Shown: positions 50,914 to 64,000 of the stretch, in pieces | How the letters are laid out: each line of letters opens with the position of its first letter | How positions within the stretch are numbered: position 1 is the stretch's first letter | Assembly (NCBI RefSeq): GCF_006345805.1 | Contig: NC_043006.1 | Coordinates: forward strand, 83,948,001-84,012,000 | DNA from: Octopus sinensis | Lineage: Eukaryota | DNA length: 64,000 bases | Reading direction: 5' to 3' | Program-made: the position numbers and the translations under genes | The notes under the pieces: generated by a model | What the model saw: only the letters and a program-made list of their open reading frames with translations | Databases searched by the model: none | What the model was told of the DNA's origin: nothing

Positions 50914-52300
50914 GTAAATACGCCCATGTGGTTTTTTTTTCTTTTTGTATGTCATGTTACATAAGTTTCGGCCAGCATTGGCCTAGGCGATGTATAAATA
51001 TATTTCTTTATTTATCTATAAAAAGGTTTACATAGAGGGGACGTTACAAGGACAGACAAGGGACATGTAGGGTGCAAACACGCTTCTTATATACAAGATG
51101 AAAACACAGATGGATTTACATATATTATACGGATGGGAGTTAAAAATATACGATGTCTAACTGATGCTATTAAGTTAGACGTTATTATATATAGCTAAAA
51201 ATGATTATATGTAATCTTACGAAGTAACTATATTTATTATTTTAAAGTACACTCGCCAGAAAAAAAAAAAAGGTGGGTAAAGGACTGGATATTCTTTGGC
51301 ATACCTAGACCACCACGTTCCCCTTCTGCGACTGTGTTTCCTTAAAACTTTCAGAAAAGAGGGCAACTTTAGATGAAATTTTCTACAAATACCTTTCAGA
51401 TAGTGCAGATTCCAATTATGTCTGAATGTGTTGGGAATTTTTTTTTTTTTTTTTTACCGAATGGAGGAGAGTTTTGGATAGCTCGCCTGAGCAGCCGATT
51501 TTCTTAATCTTGTAACTTTTCAGAAAAATTGGTATTTCATAATCAAATTTTCTATAAATACCTTTCAGATGGTGTACGATTATGTCGGAATTAAATGCAA
51601 AAAAACAACAAAAAAACTGTTGGTGATACATATACAGACATTTTTTTTTTTTTTTTCAAATTTCAAGTTTTATTTCACAATACACAGTTACCCATGAGCG
51701 GTGATAAAAGCTGGCTTTATTACAGTATTTTAGTTTCGTTTAATCCCTGTTCTAAGTTCAAATCCTGTCAGATTTGCTCTTGCTTTTCATACTATTTGAG
51801 GCGGGGAGTTGATAAAACGTTCCACCAAGTATGTTCTTCATTGCTCGATTTAATGGCCTAAACGTATACCTTTTGTTTGTAAGCTTTTTTTTTTCTTTTT
51901 TGACAAAGGAAAAAATTCAGTATTTATTATATAATCGTTTCTAATTTAGGCACAAAACGAGCTACTTTGAGAAGAAGGGCTTAGTCGATAACTAAAGTAC
52001 CAATAAAGTAGTGGAACATACTGATTAACTCGTACTTTATTTTATCGACCCCGGAGGGATGGAAAGCGAAGTTGGACCTTTATGTAGTTTGAATACAGGA
52101 CGTAGAGATACTAAAGAAAAACTGCAAACCACATTCTCCGACGCTCTAACGATTCCGTCAGCACATCATTTTCAGTATTTATATAATACAAAAATGGTGA
52201 GTAGGTAGAGATGGTACATTAATTTAAATTAATTAGTTTCATCAACTGAGATCAAATAACGTCGAAATTATCATTCCTCTTTCTGCTAATATATATATAT

Positions 52301-52342
<42 letters not shown>

Positions 52343-53902
52343 AAATTCCGTCAACTTCGCCCCAAGAAAAAAGTTAACTTTATACTTATTTGACATTGTT
52401 GTGACGCGTGGCTTAGTTGTGAGAGTGTTGGACTCGTGGTTGTAAGATTGTGGTTTCGATTCTTGAATCAAGTGACGCATTGTATTCTTGAACAAAACGC
52501 GTCATTTCACGCTGTTCGAGTCCATACGACTGCCAAAAATAAGTAATCTTCTGACGGACCGTTGTCCCATCCGGAAAGGAATATACATGCTACAGAATCC
52601 GGAGGAAATGCTTTATGAGCCTCTGGCTCGAGAAGAACCTTTTTGATTTTTTTTTTGTCTTTTATTTGACATTATTATAAATACTAACGCATGCCCCATT
52701 GTTTTATGCCCAGAATAAGTAATATTTTGTAGATTCTCATTAGAACATAGTTACGTTGTTCCTCGGACAGTTGTTCTCTTGCAGTTCTATGTCGAAAAGC
52801 ACATCGTGCTTCAGTTTCTACTTTGTTCCTCTGAAAATCTTTAACGAACTTCACGGTGTCTGCTTACCAAAGTCATTGCCTTTGTATTTGATATCGTGTA
52901 GATCTCATACGTATATACCTACTTCTTTACTACCCACAAGGGGCTAAACACAGAGGGGACAAACAAGGACAGGCAAACGGATTAAGTCGATTACATCGAC
53001 TCCAGTGCGTAACTGGTACTTGATTTATCGACCCCGAAAGGATGAAAGGCGAAACCGTCATTGTGTTGCAGCTTGTCTTTGTGGAATGAAACGTTCTTAA
53101 TATATGAAAAATTATTTAATCATAAAAATGGATCAACGATTGATAGGTTCGGATGAATCCAGCCCCTGGATGAATCAGGCAACCACAAGCGGTATTTGGC
53201 CAGAGCATGTCCAGGTATGCTTCTAGCAACCTTGCTCGCAAAGTTAAATTAACCTCATTGTGGTCACGTTCATTTTTTCCCATTCAGTCTACGTTTGATT
53301 CTATTTTTACAGAAATCACGTTTTTCTCAAACTATTTTCGTGGTAGATCTTTCTAATTTGTCGCCGTAGTACATTTGTTTAGGCACCAATTCTTTTTTAA
53401 AAGTATACCCTGTTGCACTCTTTCGTACCAACTTTCTCTCACTCTTTCTTCCTGTTTTTTGTCCCCGACTTCCTACGCAACCGCTGAGCCTGGATGCGCA
53501 TTCATCCATCCGTCGATGCTCTCGGTGTCGGGGATTGACCTGCTTTCTCTTCTGCGGGTCTTACGAATAGCAAAGGACCACGTTGCGGACTTCTCCGCTC
53601 GCTCAACATCAACATAACAACAGCAATAATGATTATTATTATATTTGCACATTAATCAGGTCGAATGAATCCAATAATGGAAAAAGTAATGTTTCAAATA
53701 AGTCAAAAAAATATATCTACTCTCGTTCGTTTTGGCGATGGAGTTTTTCGGGAGGATGTTTAAAGCGTTTTCTTTGCTCCTTCAAAATTTTAAAGAGAAC
53801 TGTTCGACTCTTCTAAAACCTGTAACACTGATTGTGAGCAGTACGGGCTTGTGGATGCAATTTATCCGAGTTGCTGGGAATGAAGAATTCATGGCAGAAA
53901 AT

Positions 53903-55868
53903 GGATCTTTTATTTTTGAAAGCCAGGTTTTTCTAGTTAACTAAATAATTTGAAACTTCGTATACTGGTAGAATGTGTCAAAAGAAAACAATAATTTCAA
54001 CTAGTTTTTTTGACAAAAATGTATTTTATAAGTTTAAACGTAGTTTAAATCTGCGAATTTTAACCAATCGTATTCTCTGTATTGAGTTGAAATTATTTGC
54101 TCCGTCTAAACATATTGTTACTGTGACGTAAACAGCACACACGTACTGTTTACTTTGGATGAATAATAAACACATATTCAATGTTTTTGTATAGGCTTCA
54201 GGTGTTTTCTCAAATACAATGTATATATTTACTATAAACCTGTGCACACGCTTTGATTCTTCAGTTTGACACACGCCTTGAACCGGTTATTTGGCTTGTA
54301 TGCACCCACATACACACACGTACCCATCCATACGCATACTCGCACATAATCAGGGCCCCTCTGCGTTTTCGCTCGTCGATGTGCTAGGAATAACACCCAA
54401 ATCCCCTTAAAACCATATACTACTGGGTTAAAGGAAGGGTACATTGGCTAATATAATCATAGATGCTATATCTGAAAAAAAAGGGGGGGCGCAAAAATAC
54501 GGGTTGGTCATAGTTGGAACCCTTTGATCCTCAACCGGGTTTATCAGGATGACCTGAGTTAAATAACAATAACAATATATTTGTAATATTGATTATAGAC
54601 ACAAAGCATATATTTGGGGGTGAGTGGAGGGTATAATCATTTATATCGATCTCCAATACTTGATCGATGTATTTTCTTGACCGTGGAAGAACAGACGGCT
54701 TGTTTTGAATTCCGGTGAGGGTTGAAACCCGAACGTATAGGACCGTATCTCTAAACATTCTAACAGTCCTTTACCAAGCCCTTGTCAGCATGTAATATCA
54801 TCTGATCCACATTATCTCTCTATTATTTGTCCACGCGTAAAAATATATCATCAAGGTGACATAGTTAAACTTCGACGAAAAATATAATGTAAAGCTGGCA
54901 GAATCGGTAGTGCATCGGATAAAATGCCTAGCGTCATTTCTTACGAATCTTTACGTTCCGTGTTCGAATATTGCTGAGTTTTCCTTCTTTCGGGCGGCGC
55001 TTATAGAATAAGTACCAGTTGAATACAATCGACTAGTTCTTCCCATCAGCTTCAGGCCTTGTACTTACTGGGGAAAGAAATATTATTAAGGAAGGGGGTG
55101 GGGCAAGCTGGCAGAATCGTTCGTGCAGCGGACAAAATACCTTGTGGCATTTCTTCCGACTCCTCACGTTACCGTCGTCGTCGACTTTACCTTTCATGAT
55201 CAATTAAGTACCAGTCAATGTAATCGATTAACCCCTCCTCCCAAATTGTTGGTCTTGTGCCAAAATTTTGTGCAATTTTATTTTTTATATCGAAACTAAA
55301 TATATAGTTTTAGCTCTCAAGGTGAACTCCAAGCAATTACCTATGATGAAAGGTATTCTAGGTTTGATCATCCCAAGTGTGACACCTACTCCAAAGGCAC
55401 GATGAAGTGGTGGGCAGTTAAAATGTTTTAAAACGTGGATTTTTCAGAAAAATAAGATTTAATGCGAATTACATGTATTTTAGAGTGACGAAAATTACCG
55501 AAACCCCTCCAAAAATTTACCATCGAAATTTCATTTTATTCTCGACAGCTATTTCGAAAGCCCGCCGTATTTTTATTATTATTCTGTCTGTTTAGGACTT
55601 TGTTATATGGGACGGTGATGTTTACATTTTAGCTATGTTAACTACGTCACAGTAACAATATTTTGAGAAGCAGTAAATAATATGAGGCCGAAAGAAAGAA
55701 TATCATTGGTTAAAATTCGAATTTTTAAACAACGTTAAACTTAGAAATTACAATTCCGTTTTCATTTTGGTTTACAATTATGTTTTCTTTTGACACATTC
55801 TACCAGTATACGGAGTTTCAAATTGTTTAGTTAACTAGGAAAATCTGGCTTTCAAAAGGAAAAGATCC
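53903..55868. mobile_element. About 2-kb non-autonomous DNA transposon with about 230-bp TIRs (same GGATC family as 49912-50334), containing nested SINEs
   Basis: 53903-54132 is an imperfect reverse complement of about 55640-55868. 8-bp TSD CAGAAAAT / CAGAAGAT. A solo end lies at about 34230-34422. Confidence 0.85.
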
Positions 55869-56795
55869 CAGAAGATTTTGACACTATTGCCATGAAGAGA
55901 CGATTCGTCGAAAAAAAAAAAGCTTCGTTCTTGAAGACTTTTTTTTTAATATATCACTGCAAGACTTCACGACAAGACACTAAAACTGGAGACGAATTGG
56001 GTTGTTGCTTGTGTTACTTGTCATGCATCACAAACGTTGCTTTCTTTCAAAAATGTGAACTATTTTAAGAAAATTGTGAATTTTTTTGAGAATATGTGTT
56101 ATGAAAAAGAAAGAGGGGAAAAAGAGAAAAAAAACCTGTCAAAATGTAATCGCTCGACTTCGGGAGTAGAATGGGCATTCCACTTCATTGTATCATCTTT
56201 TCATAATTCATTCGTTTTTGTTTTTTTTTTTAATTTTGCTTCTTTTCTTAAATTTCTGTTTCATAACTTTAGTTCCCCGATTCTTTAATGTCTCGTTATT
56301 ATTGTCTGTATGTCTTGTATTTGTCACTTGAGTTTCGATGTACGCCTTTAATAGGTTATAATAAAATAAAACATTGCTTTCTTTCAACTTTCATTCTTTT
56401 ATTTATTTATTTATTTATTTATTTATTGTAACTTGCCAATTTAAAAAATGAAAAAAAAGACTTTCTATTTAGGGAGGTGGGGTGGAATTAGTAACCGGGG
56501 CAAAATGAGTAATTTCTGATTTCTTGTTATTTTCTGCTTACCTGTTTGAAATCATTACATTGCAAGTAATGCATCATCATTTTGCATTGTCTTAGGAGTA
56601 AATATTGGACGAAACTGCCTTTTATTCTTTCGCGGTTGGTAAAATAAACACTGAGGTGGATGTAATTGTCTTTATTCCCCCCCCCCCTCGACCTCCAAAA
56701 TTTCATGCCTTGTGCCGACGGCAGAAAGGATTAGTTGTAACTTTAAGGTGTCAAGCTGGCAGAATCGTTAGCATGCCATATAAAATGCTTTGTGA

Positions 56796-57022
56796 GGGCG
56801 GCGAGCTGGCGGAACCGTTAGCACGCCGGGCGAAATGCGTAGCCGTATTTCGTCTGCCGCTACGTTCTGAGTTCAAATTCTGCCGATGTCAACTTTGCCT
56901 TTCATCCTTTCGGAGTCGATATATTAAGTACCAGTTACGCACTGGGGTCGATGTAATCGACTTAATCCGTTTGTCTGTCCTTGTTTGTCCCCTCTGTTTA
57001 GCCCCTTGTGGGTAATAAAGAA
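56796..57022 (+). mobile_element. Young family 1 SINE nested in an older family 1 SINE
   Basis: TSD CATATAAAATGCTT(T/A)GTG on both sides. Confidence 0.9.
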
Positions 57023-57464
57023 ACATATAAAATGCTTAGTGGCATTTCATCTATCTTTAGATAGCGAAGTTTATTCATTTGATAATGTCTCTTTGTTAGA
57101 AATATGTAACGACGAGCAGCTTTCACCTTGTTCTATCCAAACGATTTTTAAACCCAAAATTTACATGCTGTTATTTATGGCTTTAAGGCAGTGAGTTAGT
57201 AGAATCATTAGCCTGCTGGATAAAATGCTTCGTGTCATTTTATCTGTCTTCAAGTTCTGAGTTCAAATGCCGTCGAGGTCGACTTTGCTGTCCATCCTTT
57301 TCGGGACAATTATGTACTGGAGCCGATGCAGTTGACTAGCCCCATCCCAATAAAATGTTTTGGCCCTGTGCTTTTAGTAGAAACAATTATTTATAGCTTT
57401 ATCTCCTTCGAGATCGAGCTTAACAAAATCAGTAATTCAAATAAAGGTCTGCTTACTATTTCAG

Positions 57465-57664
57465 TTGGAATCGAAATGTTTGGAATCGAGATTCTCTAGA
57501 GAAGATAACTGTGGGAACTTCTGCTTTTGTAGCCAATGCTATTTTATTTGGCTTCAGAAGCTGCCTTGCTATTTATCTTGTGGAATTCAAGAATGCATTT
57601 CCCAGTCAAGATCAGCTGGTCTCGTTAGCTGTCTTCCTCCCAACTGGAATATATGGTATCATAG
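57465..57664 (+). CDS. Gene B exon 2 (200 nt)
   Basis: Acceptor tatttcag and donor G|gtaagt. WNRNVWNRDSLEKITVGTSAFVANAILFGFRSCLAIYLVEFKNAFPSQDQLVSLAVFLPTGIYGII aligns with gene A exon 2. Confidence 0.9.
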
Positions 57665-57695
57665 GTAAGTAATTTTCAAAGATGTTCCTTTGTTT

Positions 57696-57751
<56 letters not shown>

Positions 57752-58576
57752 CTAGAATACGAAATTGATGAGCTACATTACCAAACAAAACTGTCCCAAA
57801 ATTTTCAGTTCATTAGGTAGATTATCACTACAATATTTCATTTGTGTGCAAGTTTAACTTTTACCTGATATTACCTACTAAGTAAATCATTGACAGTTTA
57901 ATTGCTTTGCTCAAACCACAGCAGATCAATACTAAATGACTTTCAGATTAATATTATTATTATTATTTTTACTATTATTATTATGGCGGCGAATGGCAGA
58001 ATTGTTAGCACGCTGGACGAAATACTTAGCGGTGTTTCGTTCGTCGCTATGTCCAGACTTCAAATTCCGCCGAGGTCGACTTTACCTTTTATCCTTTCGG
58101 GGTTGATAAATTAAATACCAGTTAAACACTGGGGTCAATGTAATCGATTCAGCCCCTCTCCCCAAAATTGTTGCCCTCGTTGCAAAATTTGAAACCATTA
58201 TTATTACCTCCCTCCGTCTTAGTGAAGGCGGAAGCATTGTTTCCAGTCGTGTTTGTTTGTCTGTCCGTGGACAAGATATCTCAAGAACCGCTGGATGGAT
58301 TCGGATGAAACTTTCAGGGATATTTGGCCTCGTGACTGGGACGAACTGATTAGATTTGGGGATCAATCCGATGCCATACAAGGCTTCTGGATTATTTTTC
58401 CTGTTTTTTTTTACTTAATTTTTAAGAGCGGTCGGTTTCATTTTTAGTATTCTCGCTTGTGAGAGCAGTCGAATTTTTCAAATATTCTCATTTAAAAAAT
58501 CATCTCTGGCTAATCGTTGAGAGGACGTTAGTGTTACCGTGGCGAAGGTTTGCGCTCTCTGAGTGCTCTTATTATA

Positions 58577-58808
58577 GCGGCGAACTGGCAGAAACGTTAG
58601 CACGCCGGGCGAAATGCGTAGCCGTATTTCGTCTGCCGCTACGTTCAGAGTTCAAATTCCGCCGAGGTCGACTTTGCCTTTTATCCTTTCGGGGTCGATA
58701 AATTAAGTACCAGTTACGTAATGGGGTCGATGTAATCGACTTAATCCATTTGTCTGTCCTTGTTTGTCCCCTCTTTGTTTAGCCCCTCGTGGGTAGTAAA
58801 GAAATAGG
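58577..58808 (+). mobile_element. Young family 1 SINE, Tx1-like tail
   Basis: Intact head and tail. Confidence 0.9.
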
Positions 58809-58819
58809 TTAGATAAGGT

Positions 58820-59210
58820 TTGTGATGATGGCTCTTTCTTTCTTTGGTGCTTCTCATATCTGTCACAATAGCTCTAGTTTTCTCAAAGTTGCTTGCAGTG
58901 ATTTGGATGCAGTGTTGCTGCACCATCCTTTATACTGTCACTCCCACCCACTCTGTGGGGTGGAGGTCTATACCTGCCCAGGTGAGCTGGTATTTCAGTT
59001 GATCTTTGAAAAACTTACTGAATACTCCTCTGTCTCTTGTGCCCTGTTTGAGCTCACTGCAGAATACAACCTTTGGTATCTGGGATTTGTTCATGTGTGA
59101 GACATGGCCTGCATATCTGATCTGTTTGAGTAGCAGCATGGCTTCAGTGCTTGGGATGCTGGCCTGCTGGCAGACTTCATTATTGATGATGTATTCCTTC
59201 CATTGTGTAT
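58820..59210 (-). mobile_element. RTE/BovB-like LINE 3' fragment
   Basis: MLLLKQIRYAGHVSHMNKSQIPKVVFCSELKQGTRDRG..KFFKDQLK is a typical RTE C-terminus. Confidence 0.8.
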
Positions 59211-59404
59211 TAAATACAAAGGAGCTTTTGAGTCAGTGGTTCACAAACTGCACTGTAAAGGATACTGGCTTCCCTACAGATTTAAAAAAATATAATTTAA
59301 GGTTTTAGAAAATCCATACTAATGCACGAGTGTCGTGAAAAACCTACTATTCATAATTTTGACATTGTGTTTGATAATAGTAGTTGTGCTTTTGGTCAGA
59401 ATTC

Positions 59405-59865
59405 TGCTCAACCAAGGCTGATTTGGAGCTACAACAATAATAGCCATAGCCTTGTTAAGGGCTGAACTGGGGATAAAGAACATCAATAATCAATGCTCAA
59501 CAAGGGCTAAGTTTGGGCTACAGTCATGGTAGTAACTAGGATACAGCCAGGATTGAACTGGATATACACAACAGCAAGAATCAGAGCTCAACCAGGACTG
59601 AACAGTATATAAACAACACCAACAGTCAAGGCTCAAAGAGGGCTGAACTGTGGTAAACAACAATGAAAATACAGCAAAGACTGAATAGTATGTAAGCAAC
59701 AATCAGACCTCAATCCTAGGCGAAATTGGGACTGCAGTGAACAGGGCTCAACTAAGACTGAACAGGATAACAATCAAGGTTCAACCAGAACTGAGTTGGG
59801 TTTAAGCAATAACAACAATAAGTTATGTGTTACCAAAACAAGACTTGGGGTTCCACAGCAACAAA
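59405..59865. repeat. Degenerate tandem array, about 11 units of 35-47 bp
   Basis: Recurring GCTCAACCAGGRCTGAACTGGGNTAAACAACAA. Confidence 0.75.
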
Positions 59866-59981
59866 ATGTATGAAGCAAGTAATAAATCTCTTTATGAAAC
59901 AGTTTTAATAAAGAGGTTTCATTTGTTTAATCCCAAGTTAGAAATATGTAATTATTCTTAATCTACCATTTCAATCAACAG

Positions 59982-60125
59982 GTGTTTTGACTGGGTTTTT
60001 CAATTCAAGATATGGAGTGCAGAAAACAGCTTTACTTGGAAGCTTTTTGCTGTGTCTTGGTGTTGGAATTTCAGTATATGTTTCATCTGTAGGGTCTCTA
60101 ATAATTTATCTTGGACTTATTGCTG
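59982..60125 (+). CDS. Gene B exon 3 (144 nt, phase 1-1)
   Basis: Acceptor caacag and donor G|gtaagt. GVLTGFFNSRYGVQKTALLGSFLLCLGVGISVYVSSVGSLIIYLGLIA; same length as gene A exon 3. Confidence 0.92.
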
Positions 60126-61561
60126 GTAAGTATAAAATTATATTAATATATTGTGTTGTTTAAGGTTGTGAGCTGGCAGAGTTGTTAGCACAGCGGGTAA
60201 AAGGTTTGATAACATTTTGTCCATCCTTATATTCTGAGTTTTGCATTTCGTTCTTTTGGTGTCGATAAAATAAGTACCAGTTAAACACTGGGGTTGACGT
60301 AATCAACTTACCTGCCCCCTGAAATTTGAAACCAATGTATTGTGTTGTTTATTGTTTTTCGACCCCCATCTTTGCAGTCAGCCACTAACAAACACATTTA
60401 TGATTGAAGGTGTTCTAGCCAATAGTATTTCACTTTTTTTTTTTTCTGAGTGTGTGAAATTAATATTTTGCAGTTATTTTAAATTAAGCAAAAAAAAATT
60501 GAATCCAAAATTCATGAAGAAATGGTAATAATAATAACAACCTTAATTATTAAGGTGCTGAGCTGGCAGAATCATTAGCATGTTGGACGAATTGCTTAGT
60601 GGTATTTCCCTCATCACTATGCTCTGAGTTCAAATTCCACTAAGGTTGACTTTGCCTTTCATCCTTACGGGATTGATAAATTAAGTACCAGTAAAACACT
60701 AGGGTCGATGTAATCAACTAGTTCCCTCCCCACAAATTTGACGCCTTATGTCTCCAGTAGAAAAGATTATTATTTGTACATTATTGCATATGCTTTATAT
60801 GCACTTTTGACAAGTTGTGGTTCACCTGAGCACTGTATACAATAATTTCATTATTATTATTATTATTATTAATGGCATTGAGTTGGCAGAACCATCAGCA
60901 CACCAGAAAAATGCTTAGTAGCATTTTATCTGTCTTTGTGTTCTGATTTCAAATTCCATTGAGGTCATTTTGCCTGTCATCCTTTTGGGGTCAATAAAAT
61001 AAGTACCCACCTTCTCCCTTCCACTCTCTTCCTTCATCATCACCCTCTCCCTTGCTACACCACCCCTACACATTCCAACCCCACCATCTCTATATGTCCC
61101 ATCCCACTCCACTGCATTCCTTAGACCCCATCCCAACACCACCACATCATACCACCTCACACACATACTAGCACTGACCACTTCCCAGCACCTACACCAT
61201 CATCCACATACCTACCCATGCACACAGGTACACGTCAATGTCACCAGCCCCCTTCAACACGCACGTACACGTTGTCACATACACAAGCACGCACACCTTC
61301 GTTTTGGGATCACCACTACTTTATTATCTCCCCTTCATCCTAGCTCTGTGTGACTCTTCTGTCCGGCATTTGCCATGATAGATCACTAGCCACTAAACTT
61401 TTTTCTATTTTTTCTCCATGTTTATTTCTGTGTTGCTTTCTGTTAAAGCGCGTAGGCTTGAAATGAAAGGCTTTCTCACTTCACGAGCGTTAAACTAATA
61501 CATCTGTTTGTTGTTTACACACCCATCTTCGTCTTTTGTTGTTTTTTTTTGTGAATCCTCG

Positions 61562-61562
<1 letters not shown>

Positions 61563-61595
<33 letters not shown>

Positions 61596-62452
61596 GGTGG
61601 AGACCAAAATCCCTACTTCATTCACTGTGTATATGTATGTGTATATGCATATATGTGTGTATGTATATATGTGTGTATGTATATGTATGTATATATGTGT
61701 ATGTATGTGTGTGTATATGTGTGTATGTATGTGTGTGTATATATGTGTGTTTATGTGTGTGTATGTGTGTGTGTGTATGTTGTGTGTGTGTGTGTATGTG
61801 TGTGTGTATGTGTGTGTGTGTGTATGTGTGTGTGTGTGTGTATGTATGTGTGTGTGTGTATGTGTGTGTGTATATGTATGTATGTGTGTATATGTATGTA
61901 TGTGTGTATATGTATGTATATATGTGTGTATATGTATGTATATGTGTGTATATGTATGTATATATGTGTGTGTATATATGTATATATGTGTGTGTATATA
62001 TGTATATATGTGTGTGTATATATGTATATATGTGTGTGTATATATGTATATATGTGTGTGTATATATGTATATATGTGTGTGTATATATGTATATATATG
62101 TGTGTGTATATATGTATATATATGTGTGTGTATATATGTATATATGTGTGTGTATATATGTATATATGTGTGCGTATATATGTATATATGTGTGCGTATG
62201 TATGTATATATGTGTGTGTATGTATGTATATATGTGTGTATGTGTGTGTATATATGTGTGTATGTGTGTGTATATGTGTGTATGTGTGTGTATATATGTG
62301 TATGTGTGTGTATGTGTGTGTATATGTGCGTGTGTATATATGTATATATGTGTGTGTATATATGTACATATGTATATTTATGTGTATGTATATGGATGTA
62401 TATGGATGTATGTATATATATATAAGTATGTATTTATATATACATGTGTATA
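61563..62452. repeat. Compound (TA)/(TG) microsatellite with a 20-bp higher-order unit (TATATGTGTGTGTATATATG)
   Basis: Direct reading; explains the overlapping C/V/Y/M ORFs. Confidence 0.95.
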
Positions 62453-62833
62453 GGTCTAAAAAGAAGATTGTCGCATATTTTTTTGTGTGTGTCTGTGTTT
62501 GTACCCACACCATTGCTTAACAATCGATGTTGTGCTGTGTTTATTTTCCCATAACATAGTGGTTCAGCAAAAGACATTGATAGAATAAATTCTAGGCTTA
62601 CAAAGAATAAATCCTGTGGTCATTTTTTCCCGCCAAATGCGGTGCTCCAGCGTGACTGCAGTCAAATGACTGAAACAATTAAAACAAAAACAAAACTGTG
62701 CCATTTTAATCCTGAGCAAATCTAATTATCTCTGCTAGTATACTATAAAATAAATTCAACTGAATATGTGCTTTCTCTATATAGTTTGCAGCCTTGTATC
62801 AATCTAAAATATATATTTTTATTTTATATATAG

Positions 62834-63853
62834 GTTCTGGAACTTCCTTCATATTTATTGCCATAAACTGTGGAATTGCTTCCTATTTTGATCAAAGCAG
62901 TAGGCAGTTGCTGTCTCTAATTTCCACTGGTGGAGCAGTTGGTGCTATAATTTTCCCTATTTTTGTTTCCAAACTCACAGAACTATATTCTTGGAGAGGC
63001 AGCCTCCTCCTTCTCTGTGCATTTACCATGCATTCTATACCATGTGGTTTGCTGTATTCTTTAAAGAAACTACCTCGGAAATGGGCGCCTTCTGTCAGTA
63101 ATGAAGTAAGAAATGGCCTTTGCAGTAGATCCTATCAAAGTACAGATAAGACACCACAGGAACATTTTGCGAGCCCAAAGAAAACCAAGTTTGATTTAGA
63201 CCAAGCATCAAACGATACAGATGAGTCAGACTCAAAGCCTCAAATGGAAATAGAACATGAAACAGATGGAGCCAATGCTAGCTCAAGACATGAAAATGAT
63301 AACCATTTAAAGGGGGTCAACGTGTGTCAGTCAGATGGCATGTCTCGCCATGAAGAAGAAACCGATGCTAAACTTGGCCAAATACGTATGCTATGCATGA
63401 TATTAAATAATAACACTTATCTTCTACTTCTACTTTCCACAATCGGAGCAGTAAGCTTTATAATGTCATTTGCAACAATTTTACCAGACTACCTTGTGAA
63501 CCGTGGCATGACCCTGGAGGAAAGCACTAGAATATTTGTCATTGCAACAGTTGGGAACATTCCTGCACGGTTTATTACATGTTGGTTACTTTACAAAAAC
63601 ATAGCATCAAGTATAATGATCTTCAACTTATCAGGATTAATTGGTGCCACACTAGCTCTTCTGTATCCCTATTTTGTATCAACATCAATGCTTATCTTAT
63701 TATCCTTCATGATCTTTCTGGCATCAGGATTGGGCCTGTCCGTCTTCTGCGTGACGTTCTTGGAAATCTTTGAAAACAGATTGTACTCTTGTGCTCTAGG
63801 ATTCGCCATGACTTTCTCTGGTCTGGGCCTTCCAGTAAGTGGATACATCATCA
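62834..63853 (+). CDS. Gene B exon 4 (1020 nt); last exon lies beyond the window
   Basis: Acceptor tatatatag and donor A|gtaagt; open frame GSGTSFIFIAINCGIASYFDQSSRQLL...LYSWRGSLLLLCAFTMHSIPCG...FLEIFENRLYSCALGFAMTFSGLGLPVSGYII. Absent from the supplied ORF track. Confidence 0.93.
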
Positions 63854-63930
63854 GTAAGTATATTTTTCTCTGTTTACAAATACACATAGACATCATGGTG
63901 TGTGTGTGTGTGTATGTGCATGTGTGTATA

Positions 63931-64000
63931 CGAGGGGGTCCTAAAAAGTTCCTGGTTTTAAGGGTATTGCAAAAGGCCTGGTTGGAATCCCAACACCTGA
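63931..64000 (+). mobile_element. Probable left end of a mariner-like element
   Basis: TA|CGAGGGGGTCCTAAAAAGTTCCTGG; the other end is outside the window. Confidence 0.5.

Noticed and set aside
59405-59865. CRISPR-like array
   Set aside because: Eukaryotic context, highly variable repeats, low-complexity spacers and no cas genes.
61508-62520. Overlapping 300-aa Cys/Val/Tyr/Met ORFs (similar ones at 27.5, 34.7 and 37.1 kb)
   Set aside because: Translations of TG/TA microsatellites.

Overview
Eukaryotic, AT-rich, repeat-dense genomic DNA, most likely from an Octopus species. This is inferred from the tRNA-derived SINE families and microsatellite load and was not checked against a database. There are no prokaryotic systems such as CRISPR arrays or operons. 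Three protein-coding loci can be reconstructed by hand from splice sites. (1) The last exon of a SAT1/SAT2-like GNAT acetyltransferase (+, 2244-2414). (2) A complete 5-exon, 557-aa SLC16/MCT-like MFS transporter, called gene A (-, 35292 to 19409). (3) A divergently transcribed paralog, called gene B (+, from 50756), with four exons in the window and the last exon beyond it; its intron phases are identical to gene A. The rest is SINEs, LINE remnants (CR1, RTE, Tx1/L1, R4/Dong, Penelope), DNA transposon derivatives (MULE, hAT, Tc1/mariner, Helitron, Helentron-like) and microsatellites, including a 3.2-kb (ATC)n tract. The most notable observations are a near full-length RTE with a precise twin-priming-type 5' inversion, a SINE subfamily sharing its 3' tail with a Tx1/L1 LINE, a hammerhead-ribozyme motif, and near-identical inverted SINEs around an in-frame exon. 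The two paralogs also differ in CpG content, substrate-site residues and sorting signals. I found no clear-cut new biological system. Repeat boundaries are approximate unless TIRs or TSDs are quoted.
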